Shown piece after piece: positions 13,345-26,240 of a stretch of DNA of 64,000 bases. Below the pieces are notes generated by a model. The model did not search any database. It was not told the origin of the DNA and worked only from the letters and a program-made list of their open reading frames with translations. Each line of letters starts with the position of its first letter. Position 1 is the stretch's first letter. The stretch is from Eledone cirrhosa. Its lineage: Eukaryota. The position numbers and the translations under genes are program-made. Location of the stretch: assembly GCA_964016885.1 (NCBI GenBank), contig OZ024752.1, forward strand, positions 1,674,001-1,738,000, in the 5' to 3' direction.

Positions 13345-13757
13345 ATAATAATAATAGTAATAATAATAACATTGAAGAGTAAAATCCAAAGAGGGCTCGA
13401 TAAGGAAAATATATATCAAATATATAAGAACAATAGAGCAAATATTTATTAAAATAACAGATTAAAGTTTAAGCAAAGAATCGCTGCTTTCACCCTTAAC
13501 GGGTTCTTCTGAAACTAACAAAGTCAATCTGTAAACGCAGAACTGGATATTTCAAAAAACGTTGCAGCCGGAGGAAGACAGGAAGACAATACTTTGGTTC
13601 GTGGAAACCTTCGCTGGCAAAGAACGGGAAAAAACGAAGATAATACGTCATATGTGGACCGTGGAGAACAATTGCACGCAAAGACAAAACCCCGTAAATG
13701 ATATAGCAGAAGTTGTAGACTAAAATTCTAACTAGGAGACCAAATGAATCTCCGCTA
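13341..13757 (-). mobile_element. PLE-derived non-coding element, family I
   Basis: Homologous to 25240-25695 and ~50305-50557 (opposite strand); ends in (TA)n. Confidence 0.75.
13466..13516 (-). ncRNA. Type I hammerhead-like motif with CAGAAGA core, family I
   Basis: agttt CAGAAGA accc-gttaa-gggt GAAA gca..tgc TT aaact; all three helices pair; same core at 25259-25309 (-). Confidence 0.6.
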
Positions 13758-15433
13758 CAGAGTTAAGAACAAAGTAAATACATACGAAGAAGAAGAAGAG
13801 GAAGAAGAAGAAGAAACTCATATCACAATTACTCAATACACTTAAGATGTGTGTGATAGAATTTGTTAAAATTCTAATACACGTGAATCACTATACGTCA
13901 GCCAGTCAAGTATATATACAAAATATATTTCTATATTGCATTCTAATATGTGATCAATCATCACCGAAAATGAAAAAAATGATATCCTCACCAAATGTTT
14001 TAGTTATTCTTTCAGATTGATAAATACGTCTGAAGTAGAATTCGCAAATATGTTACAAACTACAATATGTAGAAGTGCCAACCTACAAAATCAGTATAAG
14101 TTACATATGTATTTCATTGCCAATGTTCTATGATATTGAAATATTCGATAAAATTCATAAATTACAGTAACGTCATATCCTATATTAAAGGTCACTTTAA
14201 GACACGTCAACATATATCTAATATTTATCAGAACGATCTGTTAAAATGTAGAGAATGTTGTTTTGCTTTTTCAAATTTAGTTTTATCGGCGTCTTTATCT
14301 TAATATTGAACATTTGTCTTGGACGTTTTATTGATTAGGCTTTAGGTATCAATAATATTTCAGTTATTACTTAATGTGCTACATGTCCACATGAAACACA
14401 TGCTAAATTCTCACGATATGATAAAGTATACATCTGAACAAGTTCTCTAGATTTCTTCCTGATATAATAGCTTGTTTCTTTTACTTGCTCAGAGAATCAG
14501 AATAATTTGCAAAATGTGAAGAAATATTACTCACGGCTATCTGTTTAGCATAAGATAATAAAAGAAAATATTGATGTGAAACTAATTTGAAATATTTCTG
14601 CTGGTTTCATGATGAATTTTGTTGAATTTTTTGCCTGTTTATTTCCATTTGAATTAACCTACCTTCTCCCAACAGTTTTCCTTTATTTAGTAAACTTTGT
14701 AACGCAGAAAACGGAAGAACTTGCGTGTTCTCAGAATTTTTGTAAAACTTAAATTTCGTGTAAAACTCAGCATGTTATATTGAATTCCATAACATCAAAA
14801 CAAGTTGTTCGTTTCAAAGAGTTAAAGAAATTCATCTGAAGATAAGCTTTTACAAAATCCAACCAAACACTAGCAGTTCTAAATTGCCTGATAAATAATT
14901 AAAATCTAATATGAAAATAAATTAAAAGGTAATGTCTGGAAATACGAGAAACCTAATAGGTGGATATTTCATAATATGAAAAAATGTTGATGAGATGATA
15001 TATTTGCACACGTCTATTATTAAATTAGAAAAAAAAAATCAGTCAGATGAGTTATAACCTCAGAGTAAGTCTGTAAAAAAATATTCTATGTTGAAATATA
15101 CAGTAGTTAATGTTTCGAACACGAAAGCGATAAATAGTTCAAACTGTTTTAATTTAAATATGATGCCATATTAGGCAGCCAATTAAGAGGAGACAATTGA
15201 ACACATTATTAACAAATACTAAAAAGGACTGGAACGAAAAATCTATTAAAGTTCATATATAAATTACATGGATCAATGATTTTAATATTAGATTCACAAT
15301 TCGTAATCAGGTCACTACTACACAATGAGAATTTGGGAGTAATATATTTTTTGTAAAAGAGAGGAAATAATTCATATAATTGACGAGTATGCTGTTATAT
15401 TAATCTTTTTTTTTAATTTTTTTTTAATAGGAA

Positions 15434-15648
15434 TGGTGATGGATTTGCAGTATCGGTAGAATGTCGGAAATCATGACTTGCGAAATGAAGTTACAGACCT
15501 TTAAGTTCTGAGATAAAATCCCTCCGAGGTTTACTGTGTCAGTCGTCCTTGGGGTGTCGACAAAATAAAGCACCAGTAATACACTGGGGAAATTTAATCA
15601 ATTGCCTCTCCCCACAAAATAGTTGACCTAAATCAGAAACCTTTATTA
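15434..15648 (+). mobile_element. SINE, abundant family, diverged
   Basis: aaatccctccgagg...gtcgacaaaataaagcaccagtaatacactgggg shared with the other copies. Confidence 0.7.
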
Positions 15649-15661
15649 AAGCTAACACTAG

Positions 15662-15860
15662 GGCGGTGGATTAGCTGTATCAGTTGGACAAATGGTCTTG
15701 CTACACATAGTTACTTTCTGATTTCAAATCCCGTCGATGTAACATTTGCATTTCCTCCTTACAGAGACGATAAAGTAAAGTACCAGTAACGCACTGGCGT
15801 CGCTTTTATCGACTTTTCCCATCTCCCCATATTATTGGCACTGTGCCTTTATTGAAAAAT
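15662..15860 (+). mobile_element. SINE, same family, tandem neighbour
   Basis: ttcaaatcccgtcga...gataaagtaaagtaccagtaacgcactgg...ctgtgcct. Confidence 0.7.
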
Positions 15861-18800
15861 CACCGTAAATAATACTACATCGCTTTTTCAGATTAAAAAA
15901 AATAACACATTCAATATGTCTGTAATTTGTGCATCTTGGTAGAATGCGTAGGTTTGATCCATAGTGAAATTAAACTCACCTATATCTAACGACGCACTTT
16001 TTTTTAAACAATAGTTACCTGATCCCCCCATTAATACTAAAGTCCAAAATATGTTTTGATTTTACAATAATGTAAGCAAATATCTACCTATATCGAAGTA
16101 TGAAACAGTTGCATCAACACCCGGTACTAAAGAAAAGGGGTATGTACACCTCAGAGGCAGAAAAAAACAACACGTCAATAAGAAAGGGATGAGAGCACCT
16201 GAATGATCACGTGACCAAATTTCCTACCAACTGCTCTAAAGTACCTGACAAGTATAGACACAGATAAAGAGCCGTAGCCACTATAGTGATCTTCATCAAA
16301 ACAAAAGTTGCATTAAATAACCAATCACAGCGTATTATTAAATGTCGCCAAGAAACCTTCATGCTTGAGACAGACAATTTTGAGAAGTACATTGCAATCT
16401 TGTACACATGATTCTATGGAAGACAATAATGTGTCGATTTTTTACGATAATATCAAATCGTTAGTCATATCAGTTCAATGAAGCAGGCTTGCATCAGGTG
16501 TTCCAAAGCTAAGGATTGGTGTACTGTGTAACAGAAATTTATATATTAAAGATTTAGTCAACATTATTTATATTAATTTAAACGTAATATGACCGACGAC
16601 AGAAGCACACTTAGAGGGGCAAACTAACTCTGCCACTCCATTCTTGCCAGACTGTAACTCCCCCTCTCTCTCTTTGTCTCTCTGTACCTGTTACTCTTTC
16701 TCTAAACACACACACACATTTATATATATATATTTATTTTGATCTAAAATTAATATATCTAAAATTAATTAAATTAAATTAAATTAAGGGAGTCATGTCC
16801 GAGACATACGGCGTAGAATAAGCTCAAAGATTCCAATGAATAGATCGAAGCATTTTATATCAACTAGAAATTGATTGATATATATATATTTAAAATAAAC
16901 ACCTGAAGCAATCACAGGGAATAATTTGTAAAGTGTGTAATCACACATAGTTACGTTGGTAACTAATTAAAGTTTAATTAGAGAATATATATATATATAT
17001 ACATTCATTTATATATATATACACATGCGTATTTATACATATAAATATACATATACATATTTATATATATACATACATATATATTTGTGTGTGCATGTAA
17101 GCTGGATCATTTCATATTACTATTTTATACATGCAGTAATTGAATTCATCACATGAGTGTAACTCATTCATATACATATTTTTATAATGTTAATATTTAA
17201 AATATAAATAAAAAGGACTGAGTAATTACTTAAGCATACGTACTCAACAATATCAACTGTTTTTAATCAGAAACCTTTCAATACATCTTTTCAGATACAT
17301 AAATATCTCAATTATGTTTCATATGGTTGTATATCTATATTTGCGTAGCGGTAATATTGTTTTGAAAAATTACTTGACAAACATGAATATTTCATGTGAC
17401 TATGATCTAGTATACTTTATTTTAGTAAATTATCGATAGAAAATATTGCTATGAATATATTGTTTTCAAAAGCTTAACATTTACAACGTACATCTTGTGA
17501 TTTCTCAATTATCCTAAAATATATGCACCTAGATCACAGAAATATTCTAAGTGCTATGTGTTGTTCACTTTTCATCTATTCCAATGTATCATAATTATAT
17601 CGCGTTTATCTTTTTGGAAGAAACAATGACATTTCATATTTGTTTGGAAGCTGTATTAAATTTGTATTCTCAAAAAATCTATATCTTGATTAAAATGTAA
17701 AATCAGTTGAATGCGGAGGTAGAAGTATTGGACGAGTACATTATAATACCAATATATCTAAATGAAGCCCTCCGGCAATTCTAAGGATTATATCGTAAAG
17801 TAAAGAAATACATATTTCATACAATTATTGTATACGTATATTGTATTATATTATATTATATTATATTATATTATATTATATATATATCGATATATATAAT
17901 ACATATAAGTATATATATTTATATACAAGCGCACAAATATATATATATATATATATGTAAATGTATATATATATATTATATATCTATATATATATATATA
18001 TATATACATGTGTGTGTGTGTATAGATATAGATATATGTGTGTGTGTGTATATATACATATATATATAGATACACACACACTCATGGACACGTATGAAGA
18101 TTACATCCATATCCGTATATGAATTAAGCGAACTGAAATGAAGCCATGTAAGGAAACTTGGTATAATATTAGTTTGGAAGGTGATATAAATCAGCTCAGG
18201 AAATATCTAGGAAAAATGACTGCATGACTTAGAGAAAAATAGAAGAAGGCCAAAGTAGGGGGAAACGACGCATGGGTATAAGACATAGAATAATATTAAC
18301 ATGTTCGAAAGAAGGGATTGAAGAAATAAAGAAGCGGATTAAGGGAATTTGATAAGCTGTTAATCTTTGTTTTTTTTTATTTTGAATATTTATGCACTGC
18401 TACCAGAGCTGTTCTCACCATTACGAACATTAACATTCGAAGTCTTATTCGACTGTTTTAAACTCTAATGAGCTGTGGAATTTAGAGTTCATAGAGCTTC
18501 GTTCAACTTACCAAAAATAATTGTGGAATATCCTGCTTTATTCACTTGTATATATAGTATTAAACTATCGGAGGTCATCTGTTGATTCATGTTTATTTGA
18601 AAACCCCGTTATACATATTTCACTGAGGAATACAATACGTAGAGTGCTTTACGTCTGTTTACAAAACCAGTCGGTGGATTATCTAATCAATCAGATTTCG
18701 AAGTTGAATAATATATATATGTGTGGGTATGTGTATATATATATATATGTGTGTTAGTGTATGTGAGTGTATGTGTGTGCATGTAAGCATGTATGTCCGT

Positions 18801-19837
18801 GTGCATGTGTGTGTGTATATATATGTGTGTATACATAGTTGCCACCTGAAAACCATTATATTTCATTAAAAACACTTATTCTTCTATCAAGTTTAATAAC
18901 CTTGTAATGTTATTCTGATCACAAACTATTCAAAGAAAGGTAAACCATTTGTGTATTCCTTGCGTTTATTTTCACTATCTTTAAGATATTCAGATCACGT
19001 AACTTTTTGGATACGAAAATACCATTGCAACAATCACATAACACAATACGTTTGTTAAAAGGAATGAATCTGCATAAACATATTAAATGAGCAACTTTTT
19101 CTTGAGTCTTCAAGCATTGTAATATTAATGAGAGAAACTTATATAAAATAACACAAATCTAAATACATTTCTTTATATTACAAACGCTATTTAATTGATA
19201 TAAGAGATAAAGATAGAGATATACATACATCTTTGACATTGAATTGTGGAAATATATATTTTCTGACAGGCATTGCACTTGACAGTATGCACACATAGAG
19301 ATTGATTACATAGTTACTATTTATGTAAGAAAATTCATGTGGTTTATTTTTTTAGGACATTATCAATTTGAAGTGTTGCCGTATGGGGTGTAACAGTTTT
19401 GATAATATGAGGTATAAACGACAAGGATTTATATATTTAAAATTATTCTTAAACAGCGTAGAATTTGATAAATAACAATTTATATGTTACTAGCAATTCA
19501 TTAAAATAATATACAGGCATTTTGCTTAGAACTGCATTGATAAAATGAACTGTATGATTGTATTAAATTATAATTCCATCCTAGAATAATTACTCAGATA
19601 TTTTATAAACTTACATATGTGCACGTGATAAATGTCAAGTGTCAAACGTTAGTCTTCTAGTATTTCTTAGCAATGAAATGCCTGTTAATTTCTCACGTCG
19701 AGTAGCTGCTTTAGAACATATAGGAAACACTTTGATACATTTGACAGGTTTCAGCCAGTATTAATGGTGGCAGGTGCTGAACAGGTTACTCCTTTTATAA
19801 TTAACTTCCCCTCTCAACTATTTCCATAATCAGGGAA

Positions 19838-20403
19838 TACCTGTTCTTTCCACTATCTTGATATTTAGTTTGAGCTCGTCTAGAACCTTTCTATATCTGT
19901 AAACTAGTTCGCATACAGGAGTTGTATTGACAAACATTACACTCTAGTATTTATTGATATCATACTATGAGTTTATTTTATTTGCCTTATTCCTAATCCT
20001 TTCTATTCTGCTCCAAAATTTGCTCCTATACATGGGGCAAGTTCTATTTGCATCATGTTCTACAATATTTGCCCATTTGGTTCAAGCTCCTTTATATACG
20101 CTGATCTTGTCTCCTTGATTGTAGCCAGAGAACTGCATGCGGTGGGTGAAATATTGTATGTGTTTCTCTACTTCTTTGTGTTTGCATAATCCGTATGTTG
20201 ATTTCTATGTGATCCGAAACAGCTGAGTTTCGGTGGATCAGGTATTTGGAGGTCATGGGTTTCGCATAATGCGAATGGAGGATCTGTGTTCTATTACTGA
20301 TAGTTTCCAGCCAGAGTTCGGTGTCTGGTTGGGGTGTTTAGTTGCGTAGTCTATAGTAACTTTAATACTCTGGAGGATGGAGTTAGCTATTTGCTGGATG
20401 ATT
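19838..20403 (-). pseudogene. Decayed PLE reverse transcriptase C-terminus/thumb (family C relative)
   Basis: Minus-strand peptides IIQQIANSILQSIKVTIDY, DTELWLE, ILHSHYAKPMTSKYLIH, RMQFSGYN, MYRSKFWSRIERIRNKANK; DNA similarity to ~24670-24852. Confidence 0.8.
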
Positions 20404-21330
20404 AAACAGAAAACCTGAGTAAAATAGCAACATCACAATCAGTAATTAAGGACAAAATAGAGACATACAGACACACAAAAAACAAACTAACGAAACAAAT
20501 CAGTCACGCCCAGAGTGTATGTAACCCTGAGTATATGTTTATTCTATACAAATTACTTTCTTGATTCGAATACCGTGTTTATTTAATACATACATTATTT
20601 CCTGTTGGATACCTTGATGTGGAATATAGTAGAATGATTTTAGCAATATGTGTGAGAATCATGGTCCCTATTGGTTACATTAATTTGTGAAAATTAATAA
20701 TAAATAATTCTAAGTAGCATTAGTAAGTACATTTAAGTATATCTAAGTACATTACCTTAAGTGTTACAATTTAAACAACTGAAAGCGTGGTTTATCTGAT
20801 TCATAATTACTTTGGTAATGAATCATTACAAATTATATAACTACTAATACTAAAATGAAATACGACTAGGATTGAAGGAAGAAATATAACATTTTGAATA
20901 AGTTATTTATATGTAGCTATATGTGATAAAAACTAATTTATAATTCTCGTTATTTAATGGGGCTAGTTGGCGCACAACTGCATTAGAGATAGGTGAAAAC
21001 ATTTGGTCATGATTGAATGTTCTTGAACTTATATATAGGTGTCATGTTTACATTTGTATATACAAAAGAAATGTATACCTAAATGCCTTTATTCTAATCT
21101 ATATGCCTAATCGTATCGTTTAAGGCATTGGGCTGATCATCTGCGAAACCCATGGCACGTTTACGGCTGAACATGTTTTATATTGTATTTTGTACTCTCA
21201 CATAATGTTGTAAAAACTCTCCCAAGAGGAGTCACTTTGTTTCAACAGTAACGTGGAGTTCTCAGACTGACGCCACAAGAAGTAATGAACATTTAAAAAT
21301 ATTCAGCTATTCAGCTATACCCTCCCCATA

Positions 21331-21397
<67 letters not shown>

Positions 21398-21398
21398 C

Positions 21399-21496
<98 letters not shown>

Positions 21497-22545
21497 GAGA
21501 TTACATTTAGTTTAGATCCTTTCAGCATTTTGACTGACGTTGAACTTCACTCTAACTTTTCGGAATAAAAGACAAGCAATATTAACAGTCGACAGCACGA
21601 TTCCCATTTTCGATGCTCGTTGTGACAAACAATTCAGTTGAACAGATGAAGAAGACATGGTAGATTAATACAGATACAATACACACTCACACACATATAT
21701 ACACACGTGCGCGCGCGCACACACACACACACACGCACACACACACACACACACACACACCTATATATATATATATATATTTGTATATATTAATATATAT
21801 ATATAACGGCTAATTTATTGATCAATAGAGATACAAAAATAATTAAATGTTCATGTCTGAAAGAAACAAAATTTTGAAGCATTTTATATTAACACAATAA
21901 AACTGGTTTGAGTAGTAGTGTGAAATATAATTGTAAATTATTGAATGTTAGGATATACCTTCATTATAAATATGTATTAAACTTTTCGCTATAGAATTTA
22001 TAGCTGAAGTGCAGACAATATTTTGTCGAAACCCACTAGGGCTTTAAAACATAAATATAGAAGTTTCAATACCATATGAAAAGAAAGAAACACTCACTCT
22101 AAAATTTAGAAGCAAATTTCCAGCAACCATCTCTGAAAGACATAAAAAATCTGTTCAATCACGGAAATATATTCAATAGATATTTTGAGAGTATTTCATT
22201 CTGCAGACACAAAATTACATGGTATCTGACCATTAATTAATTAGAAAGTTTATATGAGAAAATCACGCCAGAATTAATCCCGAAGTCTCATACATTGCAT
22301 TTCAATTGTTATATAAGATCAATACTCATACATATGTATAATCTTTTTATAACTAATTTATACAGGGAATTTAATAAATTGCTATTATATTTTTCATTAC
22401 TACATTACACCGATTTTTTATTGCATTTTATAACGCCTTCAACTTTTCTTTTCCTCATATTTCGTTCTTACACATGATCGCACTCTTGTAAATACATTGC
22501 TCCAGAGCTACCCGTTAGGACAACGTATTTTGCTATGAAACATAA

Positions 22546-22722
<177 letters not shown>

Positions 22723-23022
22723 TATCAATCAAAAACTTACTTCATTCGCATTATTTTGATCACGCAATCACATATATTATCAATTAGAAGTATTAATTCA
22801 ATGTGTGGATTATAAAATATACATTGTCTCGTTTTCTCCAACTGCTAGATTCTCAGCAACTATCCTTATCTCCTCCTTCCATTTTTCTCCTATTTGTATC
22901 ATTGATATATCGTCTCATACAATATATATATATATATATATAAAGAAAAAGGGATGAAATCGAAAATGCAACTGAAGTCTTATTTTTTTTTTTTTTTTTT
23001 AAATATATATATTTATTTGGTT

Positions 23023-23060
23023 CCTTTACCGGTTTCGCAGTTCTCCTGCTTTTCAAAAGG
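23023..23060 (-). ncRNA. Minimal type I hammerhead, U3-A8 variant (mirror copy)
   Basis: cctt TTGAAAA gcag-gagaa-ctgc GAAA ccgg TA aagg. Confidence 0.75.
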
Positions 23061-23132
23061 TGAGTTGAGATGGAGGGTCTGTGGTTTTTCTCACAGATGT
23101 GAGAAAAACCACAGACCCTCCATCTCAACTCA

Positions 23133-23170
23133 CCTTTTGAAAAGCAGAAGAACTGCGAAACCGGTAAAGG
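23133..23170 (+). ncRNA. Minimal type I hammerhead, U3-A8 variant
   Basis: cctt TTGAAAA gcag-aagaa-ctgc GAAA ccgg TA aagg; palindromic ACCGGT helix III; predicted cut after GUA at 23166. Confidence 0.78.
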
Positions 23171-23309
23171 AACCAAATAAATATATATATTTAAAAAAAA
23201 AAAAAAAAAATAAGACTTCAGTTGCATTTTCGATTTCATCCCTTTTTCTTTATACTTCCACTCGTGTAGGACACCTCGGTTAATTTTCATTTTGTAAAAA
23301 AAACCTCAC

Positions 23310-23370
<61 letters not shown>

Positions 23371-23373
<3 letters not shown>

Positions 23374-23530
23374 CAAAGAAGGTATGGTACGATACCAGGT
23401 GGACCATAATGCACCAGAGTACTGGATACTTAGGTTAGCAGAGTGGGTAATGTGAAAAGATTCAGGACCAGTTCGTATCATTTCAGATTTAGCTGTCTAG
23501 ACAGCCGGAACTCAGCCGTCGGTGTCCAGG
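23371..23530 (-). mobile_element. Diverged family D copy
   Basis: Tail accaggtggaccataatgcaccagagtact.. followed by an inverted ctcagccgtcggtgtc segment. Confidence 0.7.
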
Positions 23531-23536
23531 ATATTT

Positions 23537-23573
<37 letters not shown>

Positions 23574-23632
23574 AAAGGCTTTGATGCCATCAACACTATA
23601 CACACAGAGGTGGCATATCTAAGAACTGACTA

Positions 23633-23690
23633 ACTGCCTGATGAGGTCATAGCTATTCAATGGCTATCATCGAAATATATATATAGCAGT
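23633..23690 (+). ncRNA. Type I hammerhead ribozyme with canonical core
   Basis: actgc CTGATGA ggtc-atagcta-ttcaa-tggctat-catc GAAA tatatata TA gcagt; helix I actgc/gcagt; lies in a ~165-bp insert (23570-23735) between (TA)n tracts. Confidence 0.82.
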
Positions 23691-23993
23691 AAATAAAGGA
23701 TTATGAGTTCATGCAATTGACTTATGTTTCGTCACTATATATATATATATATATATATAAATATGTATATATTTCGTTTCTGAATTTGTTTAGCAAGATT
23801 CTTTATCTGAAATTGTGTGTGAAACCGATATTGTTATACTTTGGGAGGGTCATGTTGCCAATAAGAAACACACGCACCAGATGCTTTCACTTCAATTTAT
23901 TATATATTTATAAATTTATAAATTTACAAATCTACAAACTTATAAGTTTCTGGTTGGTTGGTTGGTTCCACAACCAGATAGTTGTTTATATAT

Positions 23994-24038
23994 AGTCATA
24001 GTCCTTTCGTCAAACATTCTGTGACCTCATCAGTGACT
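23994..24038 (-). ncRNA. Type I hammerhead ribozyme, family C (left arm)
   Basis: agtca CTGATGA g gtcaca-gaatg-tttgac GAAA ggac TA tgact. Confidence 0.75.
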
Positions 24039-24234
24039 GGGGATTCCTTTCTTTGTTTCTGTGCCTTTCCTTTCTTCTGTCCTACGCCATTTTGTTTCTG
24101 TGTGTGTGTTGTGTGCTCCGTTTGCGCATGCGCCACATCCGGGTGTCTGTGTGTTCATTTATCTATTTGTTTATTTATTTACAAGTTGTTGGTTGGTTGT
24201 TTGTTCTATGTGTGTGTGTGTTTTCATTTTGTCC

Positions 24235-24852
24235 TTAATTGTAAGTTGTGATGTTGCTGTTCCACTCATATTTTCTATTTAATTTTGGTTGTAATTCTTT
24301 TATGCTTACTACCTCTGTAATTTGCCTAAGCATTGTATCTTTTCTGTGTGTGGATTCTATTTTTATTTCGATGTTCTCTAATTTACCCTTGTGTTCTATC
24401 TTAGCATGTTGGTAGAGTACAGATGATTCTTTATTATCTTGAAGGGCTCGCCAGTGTTCATTTATCCGTTCCCCTATACTACGAGCTGTCTCACCTATGA
24501 ACACTATATTTTTGTTTCTACATTGTCCTTCAGTACATATTATGCTATACACTACATTTCTAGTTTTACAGTTAATATGGGGGCTTATTTTACAGGTTAT
24601 ACATTTCTTATCTATTCATGAGGGTCTTTGGAACGGGTATGTCTTGCTAATAAGTGTTTTTACGGAGGTACCTGGTCTTTCTACCATCTTAATATTGAGT
24701 TTATGTTTCTTTAGGGCCCTTCTAAATTTGTAAGGTAGTTCGTCTCTAGGGGTTGTATTGATGAACATTACACTCTGGTATTTATTGCTATCATACCATG
24801 AGTTTATTCTATTGGCCTTGTTCCTAGTTCTCTCTATTCTATTCCAAAATTT
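24235..24852 (-). pseudogene. 5'-truncated PLE ORF: thumb/linker, Cys motif and GIY-YIG endonuclease
   Basis: KFWNRIERTRNK...VERPGTSVK..YPF..*IDKKCITC...NVVYSIIC...VFIGETARSIGERINEH...LRQITE...LNRKYEW; single in-frame TGA at 24616-24618. Confidence 0.92.
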
Positions 24853-25004
24853 GTAAATAAATAAATAAATAGATAAATGAACACAAACACACACAGACAC
24901 CCGGATGTGGCGCATGCGCAAACGGAGCACACAACACACACACAGAAACAAAATGGCGTAGGACAGAAGAAAGGAAAGGCACAGAAACAAAGAAAGGAAT
25001 CCCC

Positions 25005-25049
25005 AGTCACTGATGAGGTCACAGAGTGTGTGACGAAAGGACTATGACT
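25005..25049 (+). ncRNA. Type I hammerhead ribozyme, family C (right arm)
   Basis: agtca CTGATGA g gtcaca-gagtg-tgtgac GAAA ggac TA tgact; helices I and II perfect; predicted cut after CUA at 25044. Confidence 0.85.
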
Positions 25050-25207
25050 ATATATAAACAACTATCTGGTTGTGGAACCAACCAACCAACCAGAAACTTA
25101 TAAGTTTGTAGATTTGTATATTTATAAATTTATAAATATATAATAAATTGAAGTGAAAGCAACTGGTGCGTGTGTTTCTTATTGGCAACATGACCCTCCC
25201 AAAGTAT

Positions 25208-25239
<32 letters not shown>

Positions 25240-25243
<4 letters not shown>

Positions 25244-25806
25244 TAAAATATTTATTAAAATTTAAGCAAATAATCGCTGCTTTCACCCTTAACGGGATCT
25301 TCTGAAACTAACAAAATCAATCTGTGAACGCAGAAGTGAATATTTCAAAAAACGTTGCAACCGGAGGAAGACAGGAAGACGATACTTTGGTTCGTGGAAA
25401 CGTTCCCTGGCAAAGAACGGAAAAAGGCGAATATAATACGTCATTATTTAGAGCGGTGAAAAACAATTACGTGCAAAGACAAAACCACGTTTATGGTAAA
25501 AAAAAAAGCCGCAGACTAATGTTCTCTTAGGTGGTTCATAGAGACGTTCTCCGGCAGTGGACGAAAAAAACACGAAGATAATACGTCATATGTGGAGCGT
25601 GGAGAACGATTGCACGCAAAGACAAAACCACGTAAATGGTATAGCTGAAGTAGTAGACTAAAATTCTAACTAGAAAACCGAATGAATCTCCGCTTCGTTT
25701 TATGGTCTTTTCGAAGCCCATACAACGCTGGCACGTCATTGTTCCAGGCCTGGAAGTTGTTGGCAGTCCTTTTGTTGGGCTGCATTATATTTGTCCACAT
25801 CACCAT
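25240..25806 (-). mobile_element. Family I copy retaining a PLE RT N-terminal motif
   Basis: Minus-strand NDVPALYGLRKDHK (PLE-type PxLYGLxKxHK) joined to the non-coding 3' region; internal duplication ~25415-25500 vs 25560-25640. Confidence 0.72.
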
Positions 25807-26240
25807 AGATAAACATAAACTCAATATTAAGATAGTAGAAAAACCAGGTACCTCAATAAAAACACTTATTAGCAAGACATACCCTTTTCAAAGACCCCCC
25901 TGTATAGATAAGAAATGTATAACCTGTAAATTAAGCCCCCATATTAACTGTAAAACTAGAAATGTAGTATATAGCATAAGATGTACTGAAGGACAATGTA
26001 GAGATAAAAATATAGTGTACATACGTGAGACAGCTGTAGGGGAACGGATAAATGAACACTGGCGAGACCTTCAAGATAGTAAAGAATCATCTGTACTCTA
26101 CCAACATGCTAAAATAGAACATTAGGGTAAATTAGAGAACATAGAAATAAAAATAGAATCTACACACAGAAAAGACTCAATGTTTAAACAAATCACAGAG
26201 GCAATAAACATAAAAGAATTACAACCAAAATTAAATAGAA
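25807..26240 (+). pseudogene. Second family C linker plus GIY-YIG fragment
   Basis: KHKLNIKIVEKPGTSIK...PPCIDKKCITC...NVVYSIRC...VYIRETA..ERINEH; stop at 26123-26125; highly similar to 24270-24710. Confidence 0.9.

Larger units (their letters stand above)
22941..23315. mobile_element. Near-perfect fold-back element, family E
   Basis: Palindrome centred at 23096/23097 with ~155 bp arms, a ~63 bp tail and (TA)n on both sides. Confidence 0.92.
23771..25213. mobile_element. Penelope-like fold-back element, family C
   Basis: Arms ~23828-24184 and ~24851-25213, near-identical; spacer encodes linker plus GIY-YIG; HHR in each arm; (TA)n flanks. Confidence 0.95.
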
